NCBI GenBank assembly: GCA_964016885.1
Contig: OZ024755.1
Location: 16,740,001-16,804,000 of the forward strand
Direction: 5' to 3'
DNA length: 64,000 nt
Source of the DNA: Eledone cirrhosa
Taxonomy: Eukaryota
Part shown: in pieces, positions 1-13,457 of the stretch
How positions within the stretch are numbered: the stretch's first letter is position 1
How the letters are laid out: every line of letters begins with the position of its first letter
Notes under the pieces: model-generated
The model's database searches: none
Seen by the model: only the letters and a program-made list of their open reading frames with translations
What the model was told of the DNA's origin: nothing
Translations under genes and position numbers: made by a program

Positions 1-324
1 CGTATTCCGGGCAACATTATTTCAAAGTGTCTTCTTTCTTTTTTTTTAAAAGAGGATATGTGTGTAATTTGGCTTCTATTTCTAGCAAGTCGAGTGGCCA
101 TATACAGGCTAATTTATCTCTCCCCTCTCATCTACGAAATATGGAAAGATTCTTATAAAGGGGAACAATTGTATGAAACACTCAAATATAAATTATACCA
201 CCCTCCCCCCGTAAAAAACAATTTATACAGGTATAAGTTTACTCGTATTTCACTATTTTAACACCATACCTCGCCACAGAAAATATGAACAATATTCTTC
301 TTCTTTAAGATATAGCAGTTCCAC

Positions 325-760
325 TACACCAGTCACAGTCGGTGGAGAGCCCATAAGAGAGGTAGTGTCATTTGTCTACCTGAGAAGTGTGGTTGATTGA
401 CGTGAGAGAACAGACCGAGATATCACAGCCAGGATTGGCAAGGCAAGAGCAGCTTTCATCATGCTAAAGGACGTCTGGGCATCAAGCGAGATCTGCCCAA
501 GAACTAAACATCACATCTGTGAAGTCTGTACTGCTGTATGGATATGAAACTTGGAGGACAGCAAAGAAGATCTAGACATTCTTCAACACCTGTCTGAGGT
601 GCATCTACAACATCAAATGGCGCCGGAGATCAGAAATGAAGATCTGTGGGAGTGAGCGGGACAGGAACCAGTGGCAAAGCAGATTCTGCAGAGGAAGTGA
701 AGCTGGGTTGGACATACCCTTAGGAAACCAGCATCTAACATCACACACTAATCCCTGACC
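325..760 (+). mobile_element. Degraded RTE-clade LINE fragment (RT C-terminal region)
   Basis: Translates with stops and frameshifts to EVVSFVYL.SVVD..DITARIGKARAAFIMLKDVW, VKSVLLYG.ETW and WVGHTLRKP. Confidence 0.85.
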
Positions 761-1234
761 ATACTAATTTCATTAACACATCCTAAATGTCTCATTACCC
801 CCTCCCCCATGAGTATTTTATCATGGCACCAGCATTAGGGAGGTTGTCATGTTCTTGACACACCTGAAGAATTCTCCCAGTCCTTTGTTTGGCAAGTTTT
901 CTACAGCTGGATGTCCTTCATATCACCAACCACTTTACAGAATATACTGGATGTGTTTATCATGTAAGATCACCAACACTAAGAAGGTTGCTATTGTCTT
1001 TGACACAACTGAAGAGTCTGTCCATCTGATTATATTCTGCCAGTCCAATATTCCATTCTGCTATACACTTGTTATTTTTACCAGTAGCATCCAACCTATT
1101 TTTCACAATATGAACCCCAAATATTACTGAGAGACTTATAAAGATCCTTTAAACTTGATAAGAAAAAAATGATACCATTTCATAACAGAATAACATTAAC
1201 TTAGAAGCTTTAAAATATCACAAAGAACTCTTAA

Positions 1235-1437
1235 CCCTTTAATGTTCAAACCGGCTAAAATTCTCTACCTCTTTCTGTTGAAACTGGCTGTAACTACTCG
1301 CTCAAACTGATGTTAAGGTATTGTTCTCAAAATAAATACTTTCAAAATCTCATAGATTCGATATTATGTGAGGTAAAACCTTTAGCATGAAAATATAATA
1401 GTATATATAAAGTAATGTGAATGCTAATGCTAAAGGG
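1235..1437. mobile_element. piggyBac-like MITE
   Basis: TTAA|CCCTTTA...TAAAGGG|TTAA. An inverted relative lies at about 26054-26280; similar termini occur at about 3101, 15606, 43749 and 44537-44797. Confidence 0.6.
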
Positions 1438-3539
1438 TTAAACTTTAACCTTTTTTTTTCACGAATGCCCAACATATTTTAGTGAGTCCTTTGAGTTTGT
1501 ACAAACCTACTAATTCACAACATTTTTAGCACCAATTTGAGATTATTTTCCATCATTGCTTTTGACTGACTTTGGTAAGGCACCGCAATGTTTTTTGTCA
1601 AGTTCTATCTTTCTTTAGATTTGATTGACAAAAAAATCAAATAAAATAAGGAAAAGAGCTCATCAGATCAGACTAAGAAAACTGTTTCTATTAGTCACAA
1701 CTCCTGGCAAAAAGGAAGGAATGTTTTAACTCGGAATGCACAGAGCTGGTTCAGCATTGCAAAACATTCCTTCAAACCCATTAACAATTTCACCAATCCA
1801 CTGTTCCGAGACTGGTATTTTATTTAGTGACAGTGAAAGGACAAAAGGCAAAGTTAACCTTGGTGGGATTTGAACTGAGTGCACAGAAAATCAGAACAAA
1901 TACCAAGACATTTATTTTGACACTTACACCTTGATTGACAAATATAATTTTTTTATGATCTTCATGTGGACATTCAGCAGTGAGGGCCACACATGTGGCA
2001 GGTTAAGATATGGTCCAGTAACTCCTCATGAAGTCATAGGGGTGCTGTAGTGGCATATGGCATTTTTGGGGCATTTTAAAGCCTGGCAGAGCTCATCTCC
2101 TCTCCAGGTCTAAACGCAGCAGATTTTTTTTTCCAGAGGATAGAAAGTGAGATAGAAATAAGAATGAGATAAAATGGAAGAATCGATCCCAATAGTAGAC
2201 TGGTACTTTTTTTATTGACCTCAAAAAGATGAAAGGCCTCAGCAGAATTTGAACAAATACCGCAAAGCATTCTATCCGACATTCCAATGACTTTGTCAAT
2301 TCGCCACCTCATATGGCAGGCGGGGTCATGGATCATAAGGTTAAGTTGAGAGAAAGTTCTTTGTGTTTAGTCAATTTATAAACTTTATAAAATGACCTTC
2401 AAGAAATTAAAAGAACATTTTAAGGAAATAGAGTGTTTATTCCACAGCAAATAACAAGTCAATTGGATATAAACAATTTTTATGCTATTTATAGAAAAAA
2501 AGTCAGCAAGGATATATAAAAAATTTGTATTTATATATTTAAAGTCACTTTTTTTAATATATACAAACTGTAGACTGTATATGGGGAAATGTTTGTATGC
2601 ATGTGTATGTGAAAGTGAGGAATAGTATGTGTATGAGAGAGAGAGAGAGAGAATGTGAGAAGCCATGAAACTGTTTATTCATAAACAAAATTTAACGCGA
2701 GAAGTAAGAGAGGTTAAAGTCTGTTCTAAGCTGAAGGCTCATCAGGCCAGTGCTTATCCCTAATTTCCTTGGCATTAAGTAACTGACAGTACAAGACTCT
2801 CCCTGGATAGGACAATGGTCTATCGCAGGATTACCCCCCCCCCCCCCCCCCAGCTACTGCTGGTACCCACTCATCTTAGTGTACTGGAGCAACATGAAAT
2901 AAAATGTTTTGCTCAAGAACACAACACAGACACCTGTCCAGGAATCGAACCAACAACATTATGATCGTACTTCAAGCATTAGGCCAAAAGATTAAAACTG
3001 AAAACTCACTCAATTTTTCATAAAGTATTTGCACTAAAACTAGCTTTTATTTAATAAAATAAAATAAGTTTATTATCATATGAACAGATGCAATATATTC
3101 TTTAACCCTTTTGATACCAAACTGCCTGAAACCTCCCTGCTTTTCTGATGCTTAGCTGTATATTTATCGAAAGATGTTCCATCATAATTTTATGTAAGAA
3201 ACTTTGTTAAATGCTTCAAACACCAACTCAATAAGAAAGTTAGCTGTATTATTAAATCCTTCTAAATATTCGATTATTTTCAAATTTATTTGAAGTCATA
3301 GGCAGTGTCTTTCATTAAAAATATGGTAATGAAAGGATTAAAAAAAAGGAAGACAGTATTTAATTTACATCTGCAAAGGTTAATATAGACAAGCAAATTG
3401 AAATTAATAAATGTATGTACATAAAAAAGCTTATACAACATGGCCCCTGTAGGATTGTGTATGAAGCCTGTGAAAAATGTATAAATACCTATCATCATCA
3501 TCTTTGTTTAATGTCCCTCTTCCATGCCAGCATGGGTTA

Positions 3540-3716
3540 TACTTGAATATAAGCCAAGGAATATGTGATCAAGAAATCAATGGTAAAAGAAGGTTGGTTA
3601 ATATTCAGAGTCAATATTTTGAATATTTTCACCAACTTTAAATTCTATGTAAATAAGGTTTGGATTTTTGTCTATTTCTCAGACATAAAATAATGGGGTC
3701 AGCTCATATTCAAGTA
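3540..3716. mobile_element. Tc2/pogo-like MITE remnant
   Basis: Termini TACTTGAATATAAGCC..GCTCATATTCAAGTA; related copies at about 30170-30310 and 42097-42320. Confidence 0.5.
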
Positions 3717-4631
3717 AATATTGGCAATATATATTTAAAAGCAAACTAAGGAATAAACCCATCCAAAATTAAGAGGAGAAAAGGAAGACATTGCATACAT
3801 AAAAATCCTCCTCTCAAATGTTTATTTAATTTGAAAATCTATTGCATCCCACAACATATTCCCACAAATCCATATTTTTGAGGTGTGCAAGCAAGACAAT
3901 GTTAGGTTAGACAACAAACAAACAATTTTTTATTGTTTAACCCTAGGTGAATACCAAGTGAGCAGAGATGTATGATCAAAAGCATCCTTACAGTAATCCT
4001 TCCTTCCTTTCTTTCCAGACAGTGTGTGTGTGTGTGTGTATGTGTGTATCTATGTATCCAGATCCAGGAAGGAACAAGATCCCAGACTCATTTGCTTACT
4101 GAGTGGGGTGGAACTAGTCAGATCAGACGAAGGAAACAATGTTTCCATTAGTCTTTCCAATTGCTGATACTATCGCTCAGTTACAACTCTTGGCAGGAGC
4201 AACAGGAAATAAAACGTCTTCCTCAAGGACATAAACACATTGCCCAGTCTGGGAATCAAACTCACAACCACACAATTGTGAATCCAATTCTCTAACCACA
4301 AGTTACCTTTTATTGAAATACTTTTTATTCAAATGACATTCAAAAATTAAATTTAAAAAAGTAAATCTTTCCACTTGCTTACATACATTTCTGCAATTTA
4401 CAGAGTACACTGGGTGCATTTTATCATGGCACCAGCACTTGGGAGGTTGTCGGCCAAATTCAAATAAAGAGTCCTTTCTATCTTATGTGGGAAGGTAGTC
4501 CAAATTAATTCTGTATGAGCAAAACATGGTCACCTGATCTAGTCTGTCTCACAACAGGACAACTCATTTAATCCATGCTAGCATGGAAAAATGGACGTTA
4601 AATGATTGTAATATATATATATATATATAAA

Positions 4632-5160
4632 AGGCCTAAGAGTAAACTTAACCAAAGCTAAAGTGTTAGTGAATAGGAGAGAAGATAGGACCAAGATTCC
4701 CTCAGGGAAGTGGCCATGCTCAATACGCAGAAAAGGAGTAGGCATAAACTCCATACAATGTACACAAAAGATGTAGTGGGATAACGAGTAAACTAACAGG
4801 AAAGGAGAACTTTGCATGTTGAAAATGCAAGAAATTTAGAGGAAGAGTGCTAGGTGACCTAATTAGCAGCGGAGGAGAGTGTGCCAAGAGTATAATAGCT
4901 AGACTAAGGATAGGATGGAAGAAGTTTAGAGAACTACTCCCACAATGGGTAAAGAAATGCCAGGAAATCCCACTGGAAGGCAGCTGCAGTAGAGGATGAC
5001 CAAGAAAGACCTGGGTATAGGTTGTGAGAGCTGATTTCAAATAACTAAGACTGGAAGTGGAGATGACGCAGGACCGCGACAAGTGGAGAGATGCTGTGCT
5101 GAGAAGAACCTGTCCAACCCATGCAAGTATGGAAAAGTGGACATAAAAACGATGATGATA
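4632..5160 (+). mobile_element. Internally deleted RTE-clade LINE 3' fragment with (GAT)n tail
   Basis: GLRVNLTKAKVL, GKWPCSI.RKGVG.NSIQCT, LGDLISSGG...IIARLRIGWKKFRELLP and RG.PRKTW..VVRAD...DRDKWR.AV, then CCAACCCATGCAAGTATGGAAAAGTGGAC..GATGATGAT. Confidence 0.8.
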
Positions 5161-5265
5161 TACACACACATTTCATTGGCCATTTTCATTTTTTTTTCTG
5201 CATGGGAGAGAACTTGCTATTATAGTTACTTAAATTAAAACCATATCTTTTTTTATGACTAAATA

Positions 5266-5271
5266 TTTATT
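5266..5271 (-). terminator. Candidate ZW10 polyadenylation signal AATAAA
   Basis: AATAAA on the minus strand about 200 nt after the stop codon. Confidence 0.4.
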
Positions 5272-5477
5272 CAAATTTGTTGAGAGAGAGAGGAAATGTG
5301 TGAAGAGAGAGAGAGAGGAAATGTGTGAAGAGAGGTGAAAGCTTCAGAGAAATTGTTTGAGTAACAAGTGATATAAAACTTACAGATAAGATATTTGCAA
5401 GTCCATATCGTTAATGCTACAGCTGTTGTGAATATTAATTTAAGAAAAAAAAATTGCATAGCTGCTCTTCCACCAGG

Positions 5478-5860
5478 CTATAATCGAGCTAATACAGCAG
5501 CTCGTCTGTCAGTGTTTTGAAATAGAGCTTGAATTAACAGTTTCATTTCATTACATGAAAATTCGTGGGCTAAAACACCTTTGCCATCGGCCCACCGGTC
5601 AGAAATAGTTTGTAAGTTGGCATTTAGAACAAAAATGAGTTCCTTAAATTTCAACCAGGAGGGAATGTTCCTCTGTAACTCAACCTTGACATGCGCACTG
5701 TTAGTGGAATCAGCAGTATGTTTAGTAGAAAACAAAGGCCCAGTTTTCTCATCAAAAAGACAAAGTAGTTGGTGCAAGTGACTGGCTTCTTCTGCACTTA
5801 TGTCCACCAAATTTATGATGCTGTTTATCATTTCCTCCAAGACACAGTTTATAAGGGTAC
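5478..5860 (-). CDS. ZW10: ZW10 last coding exon
   Basis: ttatag acceptor, ends at TAG; conserved ZW10 C-terminus. Confidence 0.93.
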
Positions 5861-8800
5861 CTATAAAGAGATTAAAAAAAAGTTTATAAGGGTACCTACC
5901 AATACATTTTTTTTTTATTAGAAAATAAAAAAATCAGACAAAAAAAAAAAAAAAAAAATTCAATGATAAAATATCAAATATTAACACTTTTGATAGCAAA
6001 AGGTGTATGGCCGAGTGGTTAGACTCCTCATCATAAGGTCCTAGACCAAGTCAGTACTGAAACGAGGCTACTGACCTCCCAGACAGGCCAAAGTGTCTGT
6101 ATTCCGCTTACGTAGTCATATCGAGTGTAGAGAAGTTGCGTCTTTTGACACAAACTGAAGAGTCTTTCTAACAGCTTAACAAGAAAGTCTTGATTAATTT
6201 CAAAATTATTTGAAAATTACAAGCAGAGATTATAAATAGAAATATGGTAACAAATGGGTTAAGAAAATATATCACAGGACAATTGACTAAAAAAAGGAAT
6301 AAATAAATAAGTAAATAATAGTACAAACCCATAGCTTTAAAGTAGATATTGGGAGGAAGAATGTCTTCCCATACAGTTTTTAAGTGGTTCAGTTTGTAGA
6401 TAACTTGTTTAATAGAACGCTCAGCTGAAAAACGGTTTCTTTCGTTAGAAATGGAAACAAATCCTAGAATTGAAAAATATTTAAGAAATTGTAAAAAAAA
6501 AATCTTTAGAGAAATAAAATAAAATAAAGTGGAAATAGAACATGAAACTCAAACACACAAATATGACATCATCGATGGTGTCTGACACTAGATCAATTAA
6601 TTTTTTCAAGCTGGCATGGGTTGGATGGGACTTTTTAAGGCAATGTTTTCCAGCCGGATGTCCTTCCTGATACCAACCGTTTTAGTTGCTACTTACGACA
6701 TGCAGGGACATGGTGTACCTATTTTAAACTGGATACTCTCTCTCTCTCTATATATATATATATATCTAGTCTTCAATGTTTTTGTATTTATCATTGTTGT
6801 GGTATAAATATGGCCACTGCATTTGGTCGTTTTTCTTGTTGTCACACTTTTTAACTGTTGTGCTTTACTCTGGATGATAATGTTTAACTTCTTGATCCAT
6901 TGAGTCTTATGTGATTGCCTTAAACAACTCGATTAGTACCTGCTATTAGGCAGCTACAACTTCAATTGATACCCAATATTATATATATATATATAGTTTA
7001 ACGGTGTGTAACATTTAGTTATGATTGGTTCACCAGTTTGAGCACTAAATGCCAATATGGGTCCGGTTACCAATGTGGTATTCTACATTTGGTATTTCAC
7101 CGTAGTCGGTATCAAGAAGCAGAATGTTAATAACAATATTAATGAGCATATATATATATATATATACACACGCATCCACTGATCAAATAAAAAACAGAAC
7201 TAAAGAACACATTTACACAAATACACTAAAGTAATGGCTCATATAAATCAACGCCTTACCTGCAGCAGAGCTAAGGCATTCAAGTATATCATCTCTCTGT
7301 GTTGCCATTTGATGTAATAATGCTCCTGTTCCAATGGAACGGATTTTCTGAATTAGATCCATGAATGTGCCTGCCCCTTCACACAGTGGAGGTGGTAGCA
7401 TACAACTGAACTGGGGCCCAAGGAACATGAGGTGGTGGGAGATATACATACAGTTGTTGTGGTGGATGGCTACAAGAAAACAAAATAGAAAAAAAGATAG
7501 TTTAGAACAAAAACACACAAATCATTAAAATCTTTACCCAACCGTTTAAAAGAAGCTACACTACAGACACATAAGAAGTTCACTTTATAATTACATGTTT
7601 TCAGAGTTCTAATCCCATTCCACTGCATGAGACCTTGGGAACATGTCTTTTACTATAGCTTTGGGCTGACTAGTGCCATGCCAAGTGAATTTAATAGATG
7701 GAAACTGTGAGGACGCTCATTTGATAGATCTTCTATGATGAGCTGGCTGCCACATGCACATTTTCGTGTGTTTCTGGTGCAGACATGGCTTTGGTTAAGG
7801 AGTCTGTTTCACAATCATATTATTCAGTCCCACTGTATGACAGTTTGGGTAAGTGTCTTTTGCTATAAGTATGTGTAGGCGTGTGTTTGCATATGTCTTC
7901 ATGTTGGCATTGCTTAAACAACTGATGACATTTGTTTATAATCTAGAGTTAAGTAGTTTGAAAATCAGCTGAAGAAGTACAATGCTTAAAAATAAGGGTT
8001 GACATCAGGAAGGGTATCCAGTTGTAGAATACAAACTCAAAAACGTTGTACAACCCATGGCAGTATAAAGCAGCAGATGTGAGTTGATGATATTGTCTAA
8101 ATGTTCACAATACTTCATAACTAACTGAAACACTTCTGGAAACATTTGATAGAGAATTGATAGCCCTCACTAGTATTTTGTGCAGTTTGATGGAGTGGTG
8201 GTCAGATTATGACTGTTCCTTTCACCCATCCGTATCAAGAGGCCCTGAAAACGGCTAAGCAGTTAAAAAGTATAACAAAAAACCAAATAAACTATAGATT
8301 CATACCAGTTAATTGTGGTAAAGTTGTTAAACGTTGTTTGTGATAGGTAGGAAAAACACAACAGAACAACTCAAACATATTTCGTACGGCATAAAACATT
8401 TTAATGGCACATGGAGCAGAACTGGATACAGCTTCTGTGAGTATTTCATAGGATAACATTGTTAGCTTCACAATAGATTCACTACAAAAATAAAATAGAG
8501 ACATATCAAGCAAAGAAAGACATTTTTATAAATATATAATTCATTCATAAACATTTTTTTTTACATACAAAGCAAATTCATGAATATTTTCTTAATACAT
8601 ATATTCTAAAAGTTTATAAATAATACTTTAAATAATAAAAAGCTTGATCTAGGACAGACTGACAAATGTAGTGTTAAAATGAGGTGGTACTGGTGCCACA
8701 ATAAAATATACCCAGTTCACCCTGTTAGATGATAGATGAAAGGCAAAGTTGATCTTGCTGGGAATATGCATACTTTTTTAAATGTTCATAACATATATAA

Positions 8801-11800
8801 AAACTATATTTTCTTTGATTGCAAGTGTTATCTAAAGTAGGAAGTAAGAAAGTTTAAGAAAAAACAAATAAATGAATGAACAGAAAATAAATTTAGAAAA
8901 TGATTTAGACAATCAGTTACTAACCTTACATGACATGTAGGTAATCTGAAGGTATTATCGCTAAGGTGTGTCTCATTAGCCAATATTTCTATTTTTTTGG
9001 CTTTCTTAGTGGCTGGGGCTTCAGAATCAAGAGACGGCAATTCTCCAAGAGGTTTATCATTAGAAATTACCAAAGTCTGATGAATTTCAGATGTCATTAA
9101 TTTGTGTGCTGCTTCCAGAATCTCCTGGCATTTTTTATTTGCAAAGAGAACGTTTACATTCTCCATGAAATCCTTCAAAGAAGTAATTTTCTCATCAATA
9201 AAGGACATATCAGACATTTGATTTTGAAATGAGTTCACCACTGCAACTACATCATTGAATTTTTCTAAATCTTTGTTATTACAAGGAATTGCATGTAGGA
9301 GACAGTCTTGGACAATTACTCGACATATCTCTTGAGAATGAAGGCAACCGAAACGTTCCATCAGAAAAATAGCTGGCTGTGTGTCATCACTGGAAGGGCT
9401 GAGAGGGATGGAAAATAGATCCTCGTTTAGTTTATTCATAATTACAGCAATTGCAGATAAGACAGTTTGGGGATGAATCTGGTCATCTTCAACAGGAGGC
9501 TCAATGGCAATAGCTAAACAACTGCCTTCTGGTTGCTCAAGTATTTTAGTTGGATTTGTGATAATTGGCTTAATGAAATAATTAAGAAGGTTGTTACCAA
9601 ATTTAACAAGCCATGGATCTAGAATATCAAGCTTCCACATAGCTTGTACTGTTTCATGAAGTATTTTGTTATTTTTCTGAGGAATTACAATCTTTAGTCT
9701 ATTTATTTTCTCTTCAGATAAATTGACATCTTGAACGTCCCATATAATATGCCGCATCCACATTTCGTTGAGTTCTGGTATGAGCCTCTGTTCTTGGATT
9801 TTTATTTCTGTTTGGATGACTTTTAATATTTTTATTTCCTCCTCCCGTTCATGGACTGGTTTGGAAACAAGTTTTTGTAAGGTTGACACATTTTCAGTCA
9901 CTTCCACAAATCTAGTGTGACGAAAGGCTTCATCAGCTGACTCCAGATGCTGGTTTAAGACGAGCAGTTTCTTAAGAAAAGACAACGTCAATGTTGCTTC
10001 ATCTCGTTGGCTGGATAATTTCTGAAACTCATTGCTTGATTTATGTAATTGAGAACTAATCTGAAAGACAATATAAAAAAAAAAATGGAATTATTGTTTC
10101 TACATAACCGTGCACAATATTTTATTACTCAAATTGTAATCTCCTTTACTAGACTTCATGATCATGATCATCATTTAACGTCCATTTTTCCAGACTACAA
10201 TGGGTTACAAGAGTTATCCCATTGTGAGACACAAGTCAGATTAGATGAGTGTCTTGCTCATACAGAACTGTTTCTGGCTTGGTTGCTATGGCTGGATGCT
10301 CTTCCTAACGCCAACCATTTACAGCATGGACTGGGTGTTTTTTAAATTTTTTTTATTGTGGTACCAAAACACCCACTTTACAGGGTGGACTGGGTGCTTT
10401 CTGTTGTGTCACCAACATGACCACTTTACATATAATATATATATATAGGAAGAAAAAATACAAGGCGGTACTAATTTTATAAAATTAGTACAACCTTAAA
10501 GTATGCATATTTTCTTACACAGTGTTTACTCTATATATGTGTACAAAATGCTATGTGTTTCTCAAAACATACATGCCTTTTTCTCCTCTCTCTCTATATA
10601 TTTTTAAAACTTGTATAATTGATGCTCTGAACTATGGCCCATTGAGCTATTTCATTGAGAAACATGATCATTACATATTTAATATGTATCAATATCTTAA
10701 CATAGTGTGTGTATACAGACATATATATGTATGTATGTATGCTATAGATGCTTCAGCACAGAAGAAAAGAAAACAGAGACTAACCTCAGTATTTATTTCT
10801 GTCTTTACAACCTTCATATCCTCTTTCAATGTCTCTACTCTCTTGGAGAGTTTTTGTGCAATAATCAATTGGGGAAGAAAGTCAGCATATTTCTTTTGGA
10901 TGATGTCATAGATATTTACTTTCATCTTGTCAATTCTTCTGCTCAGCTCATCCAGCTTGGATGTTATGTCATAATTTTCTGAAGACGCTACAAGAATAGA
11001 AATTATACAATAATTATAACAGTTGTCTCAAAATGGAAAGCTTTTGGACAGGTGTCGGCTTATCAACGCCAGCTGGAGTCCCTCATCAGATTAGTTGTGG
11101 CATATGTCAAGATGAGGTATTCCAATGTTACTAAAGTCCTCGCCATAGAAGCAAAGAGGTAAGTTGGAGAGAGGTATTTTTTTCTTTTCTTTTCTAATGG
11201 GATGGTCGTGACAAGAGAGGGAGAGAGAAAAGGGAAAGGTCAGCTTACACCTACGCAAGTTTAGTTATCCTCATTGGAGGTTGCATCTCAGGGCCCTATA
11301 AGGATTGTATACATATATATGTAAGTATATATAAACCCGTAGAGCAAATATCTATATCTATATATATATATTTACATTTTCATAATGCATTTACAATCTC
11401 GATTATATCTCCAATATCCTTCCATATTTAAGATCGAAGAGAATCAATCCATGGGGGACTCTTGTTTGCCTGTTCTGCCTCTAATTTTATATAAGACATG
11501 TTTATAAATGTAAAATTCAACTACACAAATAATTTTAAGGCGAGCCAAGAAACACAACATTGTTGCGGGTGATAGCGAGGCTAAGGCGTTGGAATAGCCA
11601 AACACCCCCACGATCATCACCTGATACTTCAATAAGGTAAACTGCCAATAATAAGAATCTCGTGGTCGACGAGCCACCTCCACCCTGAAAAATCTGGAAT
11701 GCCACAGACGGAAACAGCGTATAATTGAGTGTGCATGTATTCTTTCGTTTCTTTCTTTGATTAAATTCTATTGATTTCTTTCACATTCATTATATAAACT

Positions 11801-13457
11801 GTGTGCCTATGTAAATAAAACGCAATATCATTTCTACACAAGCACACATACACGTGCCTTGTATGTGTTTACATAACACATGAAAATTAGTGTGTTCGTT
11901 ACACGTCATCGGAAATGTCAATAAATTGGTGCTGAAATATAGAGAACCGTACAAATCTTGAATATCTCTTATTTATTCACGAAAGGAATAAAAAGAAAAC
12001 ACATTTTTCTTTACGTATGTGCCACAGAGAAATTAGATTCGTTTCGTTTTCTCCAGATTAGCATTTCGAAAGTAAAACTGAAACAGGTGCTTACATTTGT
12101 ATTTATTTAATTACAAAATAATGGTAACTGCCAATACTAATTCCATCTTTCATATACAAACAAACACACAGAGAGAAGAGGCATTCGCCGAAACTTCGAA
12201 ATCACTTTCACCTTTTTCTTCAGAAAATAAATCAACACTCTGCTCGCATGTATTGAGTGCTCTTTCAGTATTTGTTTGAACGTTTTATGTACAATAAAAC
12301 AGCCAATTCATTATATATACACACACTCAGTATTTATACAGATATAACTCTATCATATATATATATATTCGTTCAAAATTATTTCGTGAAAAACGGAAAA
12401 GAAACACGAATAAAATAGAGCGCTTAAATATGAAATAGACTCTTACAGAACTAATTCCGATCTTTCAGTTAAGAATTCGTTACGTATGTATGTGTGTAGT
12501 AATCCTTCGTAATTTAAAGTTAAAAAAAAAAAAATTAATATATTCTTTTCAAGCCTGCCCCCAAAACAAATATAGACGATAATCTAGAAGAAAATAAGTA
12601 AGCTATGAATACGTAGTCTTCTTTCAACGTAGTGAAAGAGAAATATATTAAGTGTATGTGTGAATACGTATATTACGGGTTGCATAGTTCGAATATATAA
12701 CATTATACGTGGTGAAGGAAGAGACAAGGATATAAATTTAATTCCAGAGTACTCGATAGATTTTATAATTATTCAAACGTTTTCGTTGTTATATTTCTCT
12801 CTTGTACTTTTACCGCTAAATAATTGAAAGTTTCTAGCAGGTAGAAGAACAATTTCCGCGATGACAATGTAACTACGAGGGTCGGCTGACCAAGATACTC
12901 TCATGGAATGACAAAATGAGGTTTATTTTTCAACTTAGTCCCGCCCTAGGAAGAAACAATGCAGTTATTAATAAGAAGAGTTGAAATTAATGCATGTAAG
13001 ATTTTACAGCACTAGCATTACTCCTTCATAATCAGTCTAAGAACTTTTCAGCCGACCCTCGTATATCGACTATTGATATTTAGCCCCAGGTCAACAGCGA
13101 TCGATCACACCTACAACCACAGGTATCGATCAGGTTTAATGGGATGGGAGGAAGGGGTACGTTAAAGTGTCCTTCCTTATGTAAGTGTTATATCATTTAA
13201 CTACTATTTCTAACGGGGCGGTTACCGTGTATAGGTTCCATCTATAATGATAGTTACGAATGACGATTAGGAAGAACGAACGAGAACCAGTTACAAAAGA
13301 CATCATCTACAGAAGTATTTACTGATTTGTTTTAAAAGAAAAAATAAACTCAATACTGAACGGAAAGCAAGAATTATTATGACAATTAAGAAAAAAAAGC
13401 TGAATTATACAAACATTCGGAGATAATCGCCTTCAGAGTTGATGAAGTCGCCGCCAT
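5478..13457 (-). CDS. ZW10: Centromere/kinetochore protein ZW10 homolog (RZZ and NRZ/Dsl1 tethering complexes); whole spliced CDS, about 761 aa
   Basis: complement(join(5478..5860,6329..6463,7260..7469,8306..8481,8925..10060,10785..10987,13415..13457)) = 2286 nt, all GT-AG, continuous frame. Motifs FRLPTCHVSESIVKL, LPQLTAIHHNNCMYISHHL, YFKAMGTLIN and DRWADGKG..LIQALFQNTDRRAAVLARL match recalled ZW10. Confidence 0.93.
6329..6463 (-). CDS. ZW10: ZW10 exon 6
   Basis: ttctag/GTTTGT; AERSIKQVIYKLNHLKTVWEDILPPNIYFKAM. Confidence 0.92.
7260..7469 (-). CDS. ZW10: ZW10 exon 5
   Basis: ttgtag/GTAAG; AIHHNNCMYISHHLMFLGPQF. Confidence 0.93.
8306..8481 (-). CDS. ZW10: ZW10 exon 4
   Basis: ttgtag/GTATG; ESIVKLTMLSYEIL..FYAVRNMFELF..LPQLT. 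Confidence 0.92.
8925..10060 (-). CDS. ZW10: ZW10 exon 3 (1136 bp)
   Basis: tttcag acceptor, GTTAGT donor; covers most of ORF 8828..9991. Confidence 0.93.
10785..10987 (-). CDS. ZW10: ZW10 exon 2
   Basis: ttgtag acceptor, GTTAGT donor; SKLDELSRRIDKMKVNIYDIIQKKYADFLP. Confidence 0.9.
12876..13061. mobile_element. mariner-type MITE in ZW10 intron 1
   Basis: TA|CGAGGGTCGGCTGA...TCAGCCGACCCTCG|TA (TIRs plus TA TSD). Confidence 0.8.
13415..13457 (-). CDS. ZW10: ZW10 coding exon 1 (MAATSSTLKAIISE)
   Basis: ATG GCG GCG at 13457 in locally CpG-rich DNA; donor GTTTGT, phase 1 fits the next exon; length fits the ZW10 N-terminus. Confidence 0.7.
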
